Position numbers and translations under genes: made by a program
Shown here: positions 1 through 12,991 of the stretch, in pieces
How the letters are laid out: each line of letters opens with the position of its first letter
Position numbering within the stretch: the first letter of the stretch is position 1
The notes under the pieces: generated by a model
Seen by the model: the letters and a program-made list of their open reading frames with translations, nothing else
Told to the model about the DNA's origin: nothing
The model's database searches: none
From: Antedon mediterranea
Taxonomy: Eukaryota; Animalia; Echinodermata
Assembly: GCF_964355755.1 (NCBI RefSeq)
Contig: NW_027306099.1
Location: forward strand, 1 to 28,000
Direction: 5' to 3'
Length of the DNA: 28,000 nt

Positions 1-339
1 ATTCTCACCATCCAATTCATAAACATTCATTATTTGTATATTATTTGAATGCACACTTGACTATTATTAAGTAAATAGGAAATTGATAGTAAAAATTATA
101 AAATCGTGATTTTTCTTATTCTTAAATTTGTTACACATTAAAAAATAGAAAACCTCCAATTTCTACAGTTGTTGGTACGATTCACAAAATGAAGACCAAA
201 GATATATAAATTGGTAGTTACGGTTTAAATTTGTATTGTCTATAAAAGTAACTAATTGCTTAAATAATTGTTTTACTGTATTAGTAATCTACTAAATATT
301 ATAAATAAAGTTTTTTGCAGAAATAAATGTTATACTGAA

Positions 340-965
340 AGTTATTTTGTACTCCACGCCAAGTCCAATATAGAGAACGTATCATGGGCTAGCTAACTAC
401 AGTATGTGTTGAGGATAGCGTGACTCGAATCAAATGAAACACTGCACAAAATGCAGTATAGAAATGTAGCATCATAATTATCTTAGTAATAATTTTATAA
501 AGGCTGGGAACCAACATGCACATGGTACGCGACACAGTTATTTAAATTTTGTTCCACCAATCTCTTCTAATGTTAAAGATGGCACATCAGCTTCAGCAAT
601 TAAAGAATGGAACAAATTACCAAGTACGATAAAAAGTAATGATAGTGTACGTAAATGCATTTATAAATTAGTAAAAAACAATCTTGCATCGGCATAGCAT
701 CTAATCTTAATTGTTTTAAACTTCTTTTAAAAGTTATTTTACACCTCAACGATTCCAATGGAAATAAACCTGAGTTATTGTTTTTTGGGCGATCCTGATC
801 GAAATCACTTTTTCTCATCCTTTTTAATATCGTGCATGAATTTTTAATGGTTTTGAAATACTTGTAAAATTTTTTTTAAACATTGTTTTTTAATACTGTT
901 TTATTCATGAACCCTTTTACTTGTTTATGTGATTTTGATCAAATAATTGAATGAATGATTGAATG
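340..965 (+). mobile_element. Decayed 3' fragment of a non-LTR retrotransposon (L2/Crack-like ORF2 C-terminus, 3' UTR and TGAA-type tail)
   Basis: A Met-less frame from 473 reads HNYLSNNFIKAGNQHAHGTRHSYLNFVPP...SAIKEWNKLPSTIKS. This matches the HxHxTR...WNxLP motifs of CR1/L2-group ORF2 C-termini. The fragment ends in aaataattgaatgaatgattgaat (941-964), an L2-like tail. The left boundary is approximate. Confidence 0.6.
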
Positions 966-1127
966 TTTTATGCCATTTTGACCATTTCGATAAACTTTTT
1001 CACAAAATAGAATAGAATTAAATTTCGTCTTTCAATCTGATGTATGCAGAAATGTCACCCACCTGATGCTCCAGTATTTACCGATGATGCCTAGTCGTTT
1101 TACGCCCCCTGTGTGTCTTCAAATGTG

Positions 1128-1460
1128 GCTAGCACATGTTACCCCATTTTCAAATCCGATCTTTCAAATTACCGGTACATTTAAATTCTTTCAATTTTCG
1201 CAGAGGCCTTGGACAAAATTATTTACGACAGAACAATTCACTTTTAATATTTATTAATACAAAATTCGGTTTTGCGAAAGGGTACAAATACTCCATGGCC
1301 CTGATCGGTCTTATCAATAAAATCGTACATGAATTTTAAAATGGACAGTTTGCAATCGGCTTGTTTATAGACCTCTAAGGCCTTTGACATCATTGATCAT
1401 AACATTCTCCTTTTAATACACAAATTAGCACATTGTGGAATTTGCGGCACTGTACTTAAA
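1128..1460 (+). pseudogene. Decayed reverse-transcriptase fragment of a non-LTR retrotransposon (CR1/L2 group)
   Basis: Across stops and frameshifts it reads LAHVTP/FKSDLSNYRYI*ILSIFAEALDKIIYDR...KFGFAKGYKYSMALIGLINKIVHEF*NGQFAIGLFIDL/KAFDIIDHNILL..KLAHCGICGTVLK. These are the NYRPIS, QFGFR and DLSKAFD motifs of LINE RT. Confidence 0.8.
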
Positions 1461-2139
1461 GGACAACTTTACCGATAACCATATTTTGACAATGTATTAG
1501 GGATGTGTACATATGATTTCAGAAATAAATTCGAGATTTATAATATCGCCGCGTGCGCTCACCATACAACCGTCGCTGTAAATTGCTGTGACGTCAAGTG
1601 TGCTTAGCAAAATCTTCCTCATGAGTTTTCAATGTTGTTAATACAAGAGATAGGTACCTGTCATTTCAATTGCCAATTTGACCTGCATTGAGCTTACCTT
1701 TGCCAATTTATTTAAAAAAACAAATCTTGGATTATCTGTTTGGCTCGTCACCGACTGCCTTCGACCTATTCTATGAATATGACTTTGAGCACTATTTTCA
1801 TTACGGAGTTGCATGGCCCGAATCGGGAAAGTTCCAAGAATCTATGCGAGCATACTACTGCCCGCTCGCGATTTTTATTTTCGTGTAGGGTGTCATCATT
1901 TTCGGGCCAACTAGACTAGTGAGAGTTGACATTTTATCATGACTTTTTTGTGCAAGAAGAGTACGATTTCCGACCAATTACCTAAAATCGCTTCACCAAA
2001 GGGGGCCTGTCGCTCAAATATTTGGTTCTATATGCCTCCATCCCCTATTTAAAATTCAAGGCTACAAATATAGGAACTCGCCGAAAATTGAGGTTAATTT
2101 ACCTGATAAACGTATTTAGCTTATATATCGATATAACCT
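1460..2139. mobile_element. Possible non-autonomous TTAA-specific (Kolobok/T2-like) DNA transposon
   Basis: Bounded by TTAA|AGG (1456-1462) and CCT|TTAA (2137-2143). The LINE RT homology stops at the left TTAA. TIR similarity beyond the first few bases is weak (aggacaactttaccgata vs reverse complement aggttatatcgata). Confidence 0.35.
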
Positions 2140-2823
2140 TTAAAGTGTATGTATCATATTTATGATTTATTATGAAAATAAGAGAAAAAAAGTTGATTAG
2201 TCATCATTAAATATGTATTGTTCCCCTAAAACATGAAAAATGAAGGTTCATTAAATCAGACTTGGTTATTTTGTAGTTTTAATAAAGTTAATCACTTCCG
2301 TAGAAAAAACACAAAAAAATAATGTTTTCACTTAGAAAATACAAAAATAATGATTAAAGTCAACCAAAAAACCCATTGGCTGGCAGCCAATTTGACTATT
2401 TTTTGCTTTAAATACCAGTTTTTCAGGTAAATACATTTTTTTTTCAATCTAATTTTTGGTCGAAGTGGATAACTATTATGGGACATTAAAATGGCAAATT
2501 CAACAACAAACATTTTAATTATTTTTTCAAGGTGACAATACATCTTTAATTGCATATTTAATTAAACAAATTTGATAATGTCATCATAGTAACAACAAAT
2601 TATGATTCATTGCGTTATGTAATAATCTATCTGCACCAAAGTGGTAACTGCATAGTAAATACACAAATGTTCCCTCAACTTTTATTCAGGTTTCTATATG
2701 GCTCGGTGGTCTGTGATGCGTCTATAAAAAATTGATTATCTTTATTTAAATCAATGCGTATAACCTATAATTTATCATAGTGATGAATTAATTTCATTTT
2801 TTATAGTACGTAAATACATACAG

Positions 2824-4970
2824 GGAACATACCCGGAACATACTCGGAACATACTAGAAACACACTAGGAACATACTTAAAACATACCCGGAACATACCA
2901 GGAACATACTCGGAACATACCCAGAACATACCTGGAACATACTCGAAACATACTCGGAACATACTTTGAACATACCCAGAACATACCAGGAACATACCCG
3001 GAACATACCAGAAACAAACCAGGAACATACCCTAAACATACCTGAAACAAACTCGGAACATACTCGAAACATACCCAGAACCTACCCGGAACATACTCGG
3101 AACATACTCGGATCATATTTGGAACATACCTGGAACATACTCGGGACATTCTCGGAACATTCTTAAAACGTACCCGGAACGTACTCGGAACATACCCGGA
3201 ACAAATTCGGAACATACCTGGAAAAAACCCGGAACATACTCGGAACATACTCGGAACATACTCGGAACATACTCGAAACATACTCGGAACATATTCGGAA
3301 CATACTCGGAACATACTCGGAACATACTCGGAACATAGCCGGAACATACTCGAAACATACTAGAAACATACTCGGAACATACTTAGAACATACCAGGAAC
3401 ATACCGGGAACGTACCCAGAACATACACGGAACGTACCCGGAACATACTCGGAACATACCCGGAACAATTTACGGAACATACCCGGAACATACTCGGAAC
3501 ATACTCGGAACTTACTTGGAACATACCCTGAACATACCCGGAACATACTCTGAACATACTTGGAACATACCCTGAACATACTTGGAACATACTCGGAACA
3601 TACCCATACCTGGAACATACCTGGAACATACTCGGAACATACTCGGAACATACCCATACCTGGAACATACCTGGAACATACCCGGAACATACTTGGAACA
3701 TACTCAAAACATACTCGGAATATACTCGGAACATACTTGGAACATACCGGGAACATACTCTGAACATACTCTGAACATACCCGGAACATACTCGGAACAT
3801 ACTTGAAACATTCTCGGAACGTACCCGGAACATTCCCGGAACATACCTAGAACATACCCGGAACATACACGGAACATACTTGGAAAATACCCGGAGAATA
3901 CTCGGAACATACCCGGAACATACCCTGAACATACTCAGAACATACCCGGAACATATTCGGAACATACTCGAAACATTCTAGGAACATACCTGGAACGTAC
4001 CCGGAACATACTCGGAGCATTCTCGGAACATACCTGGAACATACCTGGAACAAACCCGGAACATACCTGGAACATACCTGGAACATACTCGGGACATTCT
4101 CGGAACATTCTTAAAACGTACCCGGAACGTACTTGGAACATACCCGGAATATACCCGGAACAAACTCGGAACATACCTAGAACAAACCCGGAACATACTC
4201 GGAACATACTCGGAACATACTCTGAACATACCGGGAACATACCCAGAACATACACGGAACGTACCCGGAACATACTCGGAACATACCCGGAACAATTTAC
4301 GGAACATACCCGGAACATACTCTGAACATACTCGGAACTTACTTGGAACATACCCTGAACATACCCGGAACATACTCTGAACATACTTGGAACATACTTG
4401 GAACATACTCGGAACATACCCATACCTGGAACATACCTGGAACATACTCGGAACATACTCGGAACATACCCATACCTGGAACATCCCTGGAACATACCCG
4501 GAACATACTTTGAACATACTCAAAACATACTCGGAATATACTCGGAACGTACCCGGAACGTTCCCGGAACATACCTAGAACATACCCGGAACATACACGG
4601 AACATACTTGGAACATACCCGGAGAATACTCGGAACATACCCGGAACATACCCTGAACATACTCAGAACATACCCGGAACATATTCGGAACATACTCGTA
4701 ACATTCTAGGAACATACCTGGAACATACCCGGAACATACTCGGGACATTCTCGGAACATACCTGGAACATACCTGGAACAAACCCGGAACATACTCGGAA
4801 CATACTCTGAATATACCCGGAACATACCCGGAACATACCCGGAACATACTCGGAACATCTCGGAACTTCTCGGAACTTCCCCGGAACATACTCGGAACAT
4901 ACTTGAAACATTCTCGGAACGTACCCGGAACATTCCCGGAACATACCTAGAACATACCCGGAACATACAC
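2824..4970. repeat. Satellite A block 1: 11-bp unit GGAACATACYC with higher-order variants
   Basis: Direct tandem repeats of ggaacatactc/ggaacataccc with recurring variant runs. Confidence 0.97.
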
Positions 4971-6082
4971 GGAACTACTCGGAACTACTCGGAACTATTT
5001 GGAACTACTCGGAACTACTCGAAACTTCTATGAACTTCTAGAAACTACTCGGAACTACTCGAAACTTCTCGGAACTTCTCGCCACTACTCGCCGCTACTC
5101 GTTACTACTCGGAACTACTCGGAACTACTCGGAACTTCTCGCCACTACTCGCCACTACTCGTTACTACTCGGAACTACTCGGAACTACTCGGAACTACTC
5201 GGAACTACACGGGACTACTCGGAACTTCTCGGAACTTCTCGGAACTACTCGGAACTTCTCGGAACTACTCGGAACTTCTCGGAACTGCTCGGAGCTGCTC
5301 GAAACTACTCGGAACTACTCGGAAATACTCGGAAATACTCGGAACTTATCGGAACTTATCGGAACTACTTGGAACTACTCGGAACTAATCAAAACTACTC
5401 GGAACAACTAGGAACTACTCTGAACTACTCGGAACTACTCGCAACAACTCGGAACAACTCGGAACTACTCGGGACTTCTCGGAACTCCTCGGAACTTCTT
5501 GGAACTTCTCGGAACTTCTCGGAGCTACTCGGAACTTCTCGGAACTGCTCGGAGCTGCTCGAAACTACTCGGAACTACTCGGAACTACTCGGAAATACCC
5601 GGAAATACTCGGAAATACTCGGAACTTATCAAAACTTATCGGAACTTATCGGAACTACTTGGAACTACTCGGAACTAATCAAAACTACTCGGAACTACTC
5701 GTAACAACTAGGAACTACTCTGAACTACTCGGAACTACTCGCAACAACTCGGAACAACTCGGAACTACTCGGGACTTCTCGGAACTCCTCGGAACTTCTT
5801 GGAACTACTCGGAACTCCTCGAAAATACTCGGAACTATTCGAAACTTCTCGGAACTACTCGGAACTACTCGTCAATATTCGGAACTACTCGGAACTACAA
5901 GGGACTACAAGGGAACTACTCGAAACTACTCGAAACTTCTAGGAACTACTCGGAACTAATCGATACTACTCGGAACTACTCGGAACTACTCGTAACTTCT
6001 CGGAACTACTCGGAACTTCTCGGAAATACTCGGAACTACTCGGAACTACAAGGGAACTACTCGGAACTACTCGAAACTACTC
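4971..6082. repeat. Satellite B block 1a: 10-bp unit GGAACTWCTC
   Basis: Tandem ggaactactc/ggaacttctc, in register with the 10-base columns of the listing. Confidence 0.97.
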
Positions 6083-8702
6083 AAGTATCAAGTATCAAGT
6101 ATAATCTTTATTCGTTCCCACAAGGAGAAAATTACATTGCTCGTCTTCAAATACATCATAATTAGGCCTACAATATATAAAATAACATGACAATACAACA
6201 ATACCAATATTAAAAACTCACAACAAGAACATATTATTACATATTATTTCATGGTGCTCATCTGGATGAATGTCGCTGATGTCTCCTGATACCTGTGGGC
6301 AGAAAGGAGAAAAGATATCGGTTTGTGTCAGCAGCCGCGGATCGCAATCTTCCACTACGAGCACTCCTGAGACTGCCTAAATCGGAATTCACAGGATGAC
6401 TTTCATCCCTCAACACCATCCCAAAAAGCCTGTCCAGGTTCTCGCAATAAACTGAATCCACCAACTGCTGACACAAACCAGACATCCTCTCAACCCTTCT
6501 TACCACACGATCAATTCTACCCTTATCTCCCTCTGTAACATTTCAACCCCACCCTGCAATACAATATTTCCAAACCCCAACAATAATAGACTGATAGAAT
6601 GTAATCAAAATATTATTATTTACACTGAACTTGTTTAGTTGTCTTAAACAGTACATTCTAGTATTTACTTTCTTCATAACGAGATCCAAGTGGTTACTCC
6701 ACGTCAATTTATTGTTAAATACAACCCCCAGATATTTATATGTTTCCACCCTCTGAATTTGTCTACCCATTATGTCAACTAGATCACATTTATTCGTTTT
6801 CTTTCTAAAATCTATAATCATTTTCTTTGTTTTTTCAACATTCAATTCTAAAAAGTTATCATTACTATATTTTACAAAATTATTAATCTCATTTAAATAT
6901 GAAGTGCAATCGTCCTTCTGAATCAAGCCAATCATCGCCGTATCGTCAGCAAATCGTACAACTGGGCAAGAATCATATTTAGATCTATAATCACTTGTAT
7001 ACAAGGTAAACAAAAAAGGGGCTAATACAGTGCCTTGTGGCGCACCTGTATTGGAAACACTAACATCAGAACATACTGTTGGGCTAAGCTTCACATACTG
7101 CTTTCTGTTTGTTAGAAAATTCAGAATAAAAAGAATCAAATTAAAGGGAATGGCCATCTTACACAGCTTATCTACTAGTAAATGGGGTTGAATAGTGTTA
7201 AACGCAGAGGAGAAGTCGTAATACATAACACGGGCTGAATTTCCAACCTTTGTTTTATCTAAATGACGATACAGCCTTTCAAGTTTAACGACAATCGCAT
7301 CTTCTGTGCTCCGAGCACTTCTGTATGCAAATTGCATGGGATCAGTATGCGTAGTGACTATTGGTTTTAAGCATTTTAAAACAATTTTCTCACATATTTT
7401 ATCAACAACTGATGTTAAGGCAACTGGCCTGAGATCATTCATATACTTAATAACACGGCTTTTTGGAATAGGAACAATAGATGATTGTTTCCATGTTTCT
7501 GGAAGTGAACTAGTTGTAAAACACAAATTAAAAATAATTGAGAAAATATACGATAACTGCATTGCACATGATTTTAAAATATTTGGTTTAAGTTTATCGG
7601 GCCCGGGAGCTTTCTTAGCATTCAAATTTCTAAAATACTTATATACTTCACCCTCATTTGTATCAATTTTTATGTCATTTATATTTGATTCAAGCTGACA
7701 CTTCCGTTCCTTAATTTCTTTTGAAAAATCATATTTGTTAAAACGATTGAAAAATATATTTAATTCATTTGCATATTCTTTGTCAATTTTTGGTAGCAAT
7801 ACCGATTTTTGTTTATTATTTATATGTCCACTCATTAACCAAATTCCTTGCCACACCTCTTTCATGTTATTTTCCGTGAACTTCTTTTCAACTTTATTTT
7901 TAAACTTGTATTTTTCTTTACGTATTGCACATTTTAATTCTTTTTGGACCTCTTTTAATTTCGCTTTATTACCTTCAGCAAATGCTTTCTGTTTCCGGTT
8001 AATAATAATTTTCACATCTTTGGTTATCCACGGTTTATTATTCGCAAACACTTTAACCTTTTTAGTTGGAATAAGCATATCACTACAAAAGTTTATATAT
8101 TCAGACACTGTGTCCGTAAGTTCATTCAGATCATTAGCGTTATTAATAAACATCTCCCAGTCCGTATCATCAAATGCATCTTGTAGGCGTTCCGTTGCTT
8201 CCGCTGTCCATTTCTTTACTTTAATAGTCCTTTGGCTTCTCTCGTTTAACTAATGGAATGTATTTCGGGTTTAGTACGATTAAAAAATGATCACCCAAGC
8301 ACGGCCACTGGGTTGAAACATATGCGTTTTTCACGTTGTGTAGCAAAGGTCTAATATACTTGTTTCGCACGTAGGACATGTAACGTGTTGGTAGTAGTAC
8401 TCGCTTGTCTTCTTCAATGATCCGCGATTAAAATCTCTGTTAATGACAACGAATGCATCGGGCGAGGTAGCTTCTATGTCGTACAGTACTTCTGCAATCT
8501 CTGTCGATGCATTATTAACCAGATTTGTTTTGGGAATATATACAGTAACAATGACAACGTGTGAAAATTCCCTGGGTATATAATAGGGGCGTACGCTTAC
8601 AACAAGAATTTCACAATTTGGTGAGCATCTGTGCTTCTTCACGACTGCATTATTTTGATGACAATATCTTTCGTTGACGTAAATACAGATACCACCCACC
8701 CC
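6083..8702 (-). mobile_element. 5'-truncated Rex1/Babar-type non-LTR retrotransposon (LINE) inserted in satellite B
   Basis: Partial APE endonuclease plus RT on the - strand. The 3' end is AATAAA (6107-6112, -) followed by a short (TACTTGA)n tail. Candidate 4-bp TSD ACTC (6079-6082 / 8703-8706). Satellite B resumes in register on both sides. Confidence 0.92.
6258..8699 (-). pseudogene. Disrupted LINE ORF2 (AP endonuclease C-terminal part + reverse transcriptase)
   Basis: 8331-8699 has GGICIYVN..RPYYIPREF..VYIP..DFN..LDLCY (Rex1-type APE). 6543-8153 has KAPGPD, RPVALTS, QFAYR, DFSSAFNTIQP, GAPQGTVLAPFLF, FADD and YKYLG. There is a premature TGA at 6543-6545 (WG*N), after which the frame continues to 6258 (SHP..SGR..SFLP). 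Frameshifts lie around 8200-8335. Confidence 0.92.
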
Positions 8703-9538
8703 ACTCGAAACTTCTAGGAACGTCTAGGAACTACTCGGAACTAAACGATACTACTCGGAACTACTCGGAACTACTAGGAACTACTCGTAACTTCTCGGAA
8801 CTACTTTGAACTTCTCGGAACTTCTCGGAACTACTCGGAACTACTCGGAACTATTTGGAACTACTCGAAACTACTCGAAACTTCTAGGAACTTCTAGGAA
8901 CTACTCGGAACTACTCAAAACTTCTCGGAACTTCTCGCCACTACTCGCCACTACTCGCCACTACTCGCCACTACTCGCAACTACTCGGAACTACTCGGAA
9001 ATACTCGGAAATACTCGGAACTACTCGGAAATACTCGGAACTTATCGGAACCTATCGGAACTAATCGGAACTACTCGGAACTACTCGGAACTAATCGAAA
9101 CAACTCGGAACAACTCGGAACAACTCTGAACAACTCGGAACTACTCGGAAAAACTTGGAACAACTCGGAACTACTCGGGACTTCTCGGAACTTCTCGGAA
9201 CTACTCGGAACTCCTTGAAAATACTCGGAACTATTCGAAACTTCTCGGAACTACTTGGAACTACTCGTCAATATTCGCCACTACTTGTTACTACTAGTCC
9301 CTACTCGGAAATACTCGGAACTTATCGGAACTACTCAGAACTACTCGAAACTACTTGGAACTACTAGGAACTACTCGAAACTACTCGAAACATCTAGGAA
9401 CTATACTCGGAACTACTCTGAACTTCTCGGAACTTCTCGGAACTACTCGTTACTACTCGGAACTACTCGGAAATACTCGGAACTTCTCAGAACTTTTCGG
9501 AACTACTCGGAACTACTCGGAACTACTCGGAACTACCC
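8703..9538. repeat. Satellite B block 1b (10-mer)
   Basis: Tandem ggaactactc and variants (gccactactc, ggaaatactc, ggaacaactc). Confidence 0.95.
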
Positions 9539-10516
9539 GGAACATACCCGGAACATACCCGGAACATACCCGGAACATACTCGGAACATACTCGGAACTT
9601 CTCGGAACTTACCCGGAACATACTCGGAACATACTTGAAACATTCTCGGAACGTACCCGGAACATTCCCGGAACATACCTAGAACATACCCGGAACATAC
9701 ACGGAACATACTTGGAACATACCCAGAGAATACTCGGAACATACTCTGAACATACCCGGAACATACTCTGAACGTACTCGGAACATACTTGGAACGTATT
9801 CGGAACATACTCGAAACATTCTAGGAACGTACCTGGAACGTACCCGGAACATACTCGGGACATTCTCGGAACATACCTGGAACATACCTGGAACAAACCC
9901 GGAACATACTTGGAACATACTCTGAATATACCCGAAACATACTCTGAACATACCCGGAACATACTCGGAACTTACCCGGAACATACTCGGAACATACTTG
10001 AAACATTCTCGGAACGTACCCGGAACATTTCCGGAACATACCTAGAACATACACGGAACATACTTGGAACATACCCAGAGAATACTCGGAACATACTCTG
10101 AACATACCCGGAACATACTCTAAACATACCTGGAACATACCCGGAACTTACCTGGAACATACTCGGAACATACTTGAAACATTCTCCGAACGTACCCGGA
10201 ACATTTCCGGAACATACCTAGAACATACACGGAACATACTTGGAACATACCCAGAGAATACTCGGAACATACTCTGAACATACCCGGAACATACTCTGAA
10301 CATACTCGGAACATACTCGGAACATATTCGGAACATACTCGAAACATTCTAGGAACGTACCCGGAACATACTCGGGACATTCTAGGAACATACCTGGAAC
10401 ATACCTGGAACAAACCCGGAACATACTCGGAACATACTCTGAATATACCCGAAACATACTCTGAACATACCCGGAACATACCCGGAAAATACCCTGAACA
10501 TACTCGGAACATACTC
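9539..10516. repeat. Satellite A block 2 (11-mer)
   Basis: Tandem ggaacatacyc. Confidence 0.95.
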
Positions 10517-10996
10517 GGAACTACTCGGAACTTCTCGGAACTTCTCGGAACTACTCGGAACTTCTCGGAACTTCCCGGAACTACTCGGAACTACTCGGAA
10601 ATACTCGTAACTTCTCGGAACTACTCGGAACTTCTCGGAACTACTCGGAACTACTCGGAACTATTTGGAACCACTCGGAACTACTCGAAACTTCTAGGAA
10701 CTTCTAGGAACTACTCGGAACTACTCGGAACAACTCGAAACTTCTCGGAACTTCTCGCCACTACTCGCCGCTACTCGTTACTACTCTGAAATACTCGGAA
10801 ATACTCGGAACTACTCGGAACTACTCAGAACTTCTCGCCACTACTCGCCACTACTCGTTACTACTCGTTACTACTCGGAACTACTCGGAAATACTCGGAA
10901 ATTATCGGAACTACTCGGAACTACTCGGAACTACTCGGAACTACTCGGAACTACTCGGAACTTCTCGGAACTTCTCGGAACTTCTCGGAACTTCTC
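10517..10996. repeat. Satellite B block 2 (10-mer)
   Basis: Tandem ggaactwctc. Confidence 0.95.
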
Positions 10997-11710
10997 GGAA
11001 CATTCCTAGAACATACCCGGAACTTACACGGAACATACCTGGAACATACCCAGAGAATACTCGGAACATACTCGGAACATACTCGGAACATACTCTGAAC
11101 ATACTAGGAACATACTCGGAACATACCCGGAACATATTCGGACCATACTCGAAACATTCTAGGAACGTACCTGGAACGTACCCGGAACATACTCGGGACA
11201 TTCTCGGAACATACCTGGAACATACCTGGAACAAACCCGGAACATACTCGGAACATACTCTGAATATACCCGGAACATACCCGGAACATACCCGGAACAT
11301 ACTCGGAACTTCTCGGAAGTTACCCGGAACATACTCCGAACATACTTGAAACATTCTCGGAACGTACCCAGAACATTCCCGGAACATACCTAGAACATAC
11401 CCGGAACATACACGGAACATACACGGAACATACTTGGAACATACCCAGAGAATACTCGGAACATACTCGGAACATACCCGGAACATACACTGAACATACT
11501 CGGAACATACTCGGAACATATTCGGAACATACTCGAAACATTCTAGGAACGTACCTGGAACGTACCCGGAACATACTCGGGACATTCTCGGAACATACCT
11601 GGAACATACCTGGAACAAACCCGGAACATACTCGGAACATACTTTGAATATACCCGAAACATACTCTGAACATACCCGGAACATACCCGGAACATACTCG
11701 GAACATACTC
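10997..11710. repeat. Satellite A block 3 (11-mer)
   Basis: Tandem ggaacatacyc. Confidence 0.95.
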
Positions 11711-12140
11711 GGAACTACTCGGAACTACTCGGAACTTCTCGGAACTTCTTGGAACTACTCGGAACTTCTCGGAACTTCTCGGAACTTCCCGGAACTACTC
11801 GGAACTACTCGGAACTTCTCGGAACTACTCGGAACTACTCGGAAATTCTCGGAACTACTCGGAACTACTCAGAACTATTTGGAACTACTCGGAACTACTC
11901 GAAACTTCTAGGAACTTCTCGCCACTACTCGCCGCTACTCGTAACTACTCGGAACTACTCGGAACTTCTCGCCACTACTCGCCACTACTCGTTACTACTC
12001 GGAACTACTCGGAAATACTCGGAAATACTCGAAACTTCTCGGAACTTCTCGCCACTACTCGCCACTACTCGTTACTACTCGGAACTACTCGCAAATACTC
12101 GGAAATTATCGGAACTACTCGGAACTTCTCGGAACTTCTC
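11711..12140. repeat. Satellite B block 3 (10-mer)
   Basis: Tandem ggaactwctc. Confidence 0.95.
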
Positions 12141-12158
12141 GGAACATACTTGTTATTC

Positions 12159-12514
12159 TGTAACATGGTGGGACCAAACCCTATTAGTCACACAGGCTAT
12201 TCACCCCTTACTCTCCCCGATGTCTACTTAACTTGGAACACTACATTCCTGAGGTGGGTCTTCCAAGGAAAGTCAATCAGGATGTGGTACCATTTAATTA
12301 GTCATCCTTCCTGTCCCCATAATATAAATATATGTTTTGTAGTTAAGTTAGTTAGTTCGGGTATTGATTCTTGAGACTATAACATCAGTCAGAATCACTA
12401 CGTTTCACATTGTTTTATAATATTACTTTTTGATTGAATAAATATTATATTTTGTACATTGAATAATTGTGTGCCATCGTTATTGCCTTGGCCCTCGACA
12501 CGACTACCGTTACA
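12159..12514 (+). repeat. 5' LTR (356 bp)
   Basis: TGTAAC...GTTACA inverted termini. Direct repeat of 18989-19350. Contains TATAAATA (about 12323-12330) and AATAAA (12437-12442). Confidence 0.97.
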
Positions 12515-12527
12515 TGGTGGCAGCGGT
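12515..12527 (+). promoter_or_regulatory. Primer-binding site, probably tRNA-Leu
   Basis: TGGTGGCAGCGGT immediately follows the 5' LTR and is complementary to the 3' end (...ACCGCUGCCACCA) of metazoan tRNA-Leu(AAG/UAG). Confidence 0.85.
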
Positions 12528-12626
12528 TTTTATGAACTCACGAAGAAAAAGTAAATTTATACAGTCGACCAAGCTGTAGAATTTGAAAAGAAGCTGATTT
12601 TTATTTCCGAAACGGATTTTGTTTTT

Positions 12627-12831
12627 CAACACAAGTAAAGAGTGAGTAGTAACCAATCTACACTCTTGGACACAACAACAAGGAACACAAAGGAACACAG
12701 AGAGCAACACAAGTAAAGAGTGAGTAGTAAACCATTCTACACTCTTGGAAACAACAAACACAAGAAACACAAAGGAACAGAGACGTACAAAGAGCAACAC
12801 AAGTAAAGGGTGAGTAACCAATCTACACTCT
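12627..12831 (+). repeat. About 2.5 imperfect direct repeats (78-90 bp) in the retrotransposon 5' leader
   Basis: caacacaagtaaagRgtgagta..aacca.tctacactct starts at 12627, 12705 and 12795. Confidence 0.9.
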
Positions 12832-12991
12832 AATTAGCATATACTTTCATACTGACAGTGGCATTTATTTTATACTTTAATAATTCTTGTTGATACCTGT
12901 ATTATAATTGTCAATAGTACTTATAATTGTATTTAAGGTACAATTCTGTTATTAGCCTAATTGATTTAGTTATCATACACTTTCACTTAAA

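Noticed and set aside
1688-1888. 66-aa ORF and the other short ORFs in 600-2555
   Set aside because: No recognisable domain or splice-supported gene structure. Several lie within TE remnants.
2357-2397. Small inverted repeat ATTGGCTG-G-CAGCCAAT (two opposed CCAAT boxes) with outer AGTCAA/TTGACT
   Set aside because: It is isolated and short with no associated gene or element boundary, so no function can be supported.
2801-6165. Many overlapping ORFs such as MFRVCSEYVPS..., EHTRNIPGTY... and ELLGTTRNYS... (also 8806-12231 and 19234-20565)
   Set aside because: These are artefacts of 10/11-bp satellites with few stop codons. The unit length is not a multiple of 3, so every frame gives the same cyclic peptide.
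7306-8253. Plus-strand ORFs of 130 and 172 aa
   Set aside because: These are antisense shadows of the LINE ORF2.
6083-8702. LINE as a telomere-maintenance retrotransposon (HeT-A/TART, TRAS/SART-like)
   Set aside because: It is a single truncated Rex1-type copy about 15 kb from the array and is not inserted in TTAGGG. The end is a normal telomerase-type array.
2824-12140. Repeat arrays as a possible CRISPR array
   Set aside because: The monomers are head-to-tail with no unique spacers, there are no cas genes, and the context is a eukaryotic telomere.
12150-12374. 74-aa ORF repeated at 18995-19210
   Set aside because: It lies within the LTRs, and the repetition is due to LTR identity.
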